DNA of 32,000 nt from Wallemia ichthyophaga EXF-994 (lineage: Eukaryota > Fungi > Basidiomycota), in the NCBI RefSeq assembly GCF_000400465.1, contig NW_008806289.1, forward strand, positions 150,001 to 182,000. The letters run 5' to 3'. The translations under genes and the position numbers were made by a program. Under the pieces are notes generated by a model, which did not search any database, was not told the DNA's origin, and worked only from the letters and a program-made list of their open reading frames with translations. Below, in pieces: positions 31,277-32,000 of the stretch; the stretch's first letter is position 1; each line of letters opens with the position of its first letter.

Positions 31277-32000
31277 ATGGATGACTACGCAGATGAATTG
31301 ATAAATCAAGAGGATTGCTGGACAGTGATTTCATCCTTCTTTGATGAGAAAGGATTGGTTAGGCAGCAGATAGAATCATTTGATGAATTCGTGCAGAACA
31401 CGATGCAGGAAATTGTAGATGAGAATCAAAGGCTCACGCTTGATCAGTTTAATCAGTACACTCAGCATAAGAACGATACAACTAGAAGATACGAAATTGA
31501 ATTCGGTCAAATTTATTTATCCAGGCCAACTATGACTGAGGCCGATGGCAGCGTTAGCCCTATGTTCCCACATGAAGCGAGACTTAGAAATTTAACTTAT
31601 TCTGCTCCACTTTATATCGATATGAAAAAGAAGGTTCTTATTCAAGTTGAGGACGACGAGACTGGCGATTTGGTTTGGGTTCCCGAGTACGACGACGAAT
31701 CTGACGAGAACATCAAAGTTTGGATTGGTAAGGTTCCAATCATGCTTAAGAGTTCCTTCTGTAACTTGAGCAATGTTGATTCTTCACGATTGGCTGAGTT
31801 GAACGAATGTCCTTTCGATCAGGTTTGTCTGCTCGACACATCCGTTTCACTTCTAAACTTCCTCATAGGGTGGTTACTTCATCATCAATGGCTCTGAGAA
31901 AGTCTTGATTGCTCAAGAAAGACTGGCTGCAAACCATGTCTACATCTTCGCAAAAGCTGAACCTTCTCCCGTCTCCTACCAAGCTGAAATTAGATCTGCT
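31277..32000 (+). CDS. RPB2: RNA polymerase II second-largest subunit, 5' part
   Basis: [54 protein letters not shown] and ECPFDQ|[18 protein letters not shown]. Intron 31823-31868. The gene runs off the window. Confidence 0.97.

Noticed and set aside
1-32000. Mobile elements, CRISPR arrays, rRNA, spliceosomal snRNAs, biosynthetic gene cluster
   Set aside because: No transposase/RT motifs, terminal repeats, repeat-spacer arrays or recognisable rRNA/U-snRNA signatures. GCS1 and the ANL-like gene are 15 kb apart among housekeeping genes, so no cluster is supported.

Overview
Eukaryotic, gene-dense fungal window with short (mostly 44-64 nt) GT-AG introns and intergenic gaps as small as 26-70 nt. 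The gene set and protein sequences are basidiomycete-like. The compaction would fit a miniaturised genome such as Wallemia, but that is inference only. In order, I can support: the 3' end of a myosin light chain, a PhoD-like phosphatase, QCR9 (absent from the ORF track), a minimal Rad51 paralog, ARC1, RPS29, an intron-containing tRNA-Trp(CCA), a 7-exon standalone soluble R-SNARE (tomosyn/amisyn-like tail), bL36m (RTC6), complex I 75 kDa subunit, bS21m (MRP21), ceramide glucosyltransferase, an LRR-RhoGEF, RSE1/SF3B3, CDC123, NHA1, a TEA-domain transcription factor, a degenerate acyl-CoA-synthetase-like protein, TAF7 and the 5' part of RPB2. No transposon, CRISPR array or rRNA was seen. The best leads are the membrane-anchor-less R-SNARE gene hidden in micro-exons, the Walker-A K-to-R Rad51 paralog, the ANL-fold pseudoenzyme candidate, the alternative NHA1 5' end with an AUGA overlap, and the near-zero intergenic spacing. 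All splice models were built by hand and need RNA-seq confirmation.
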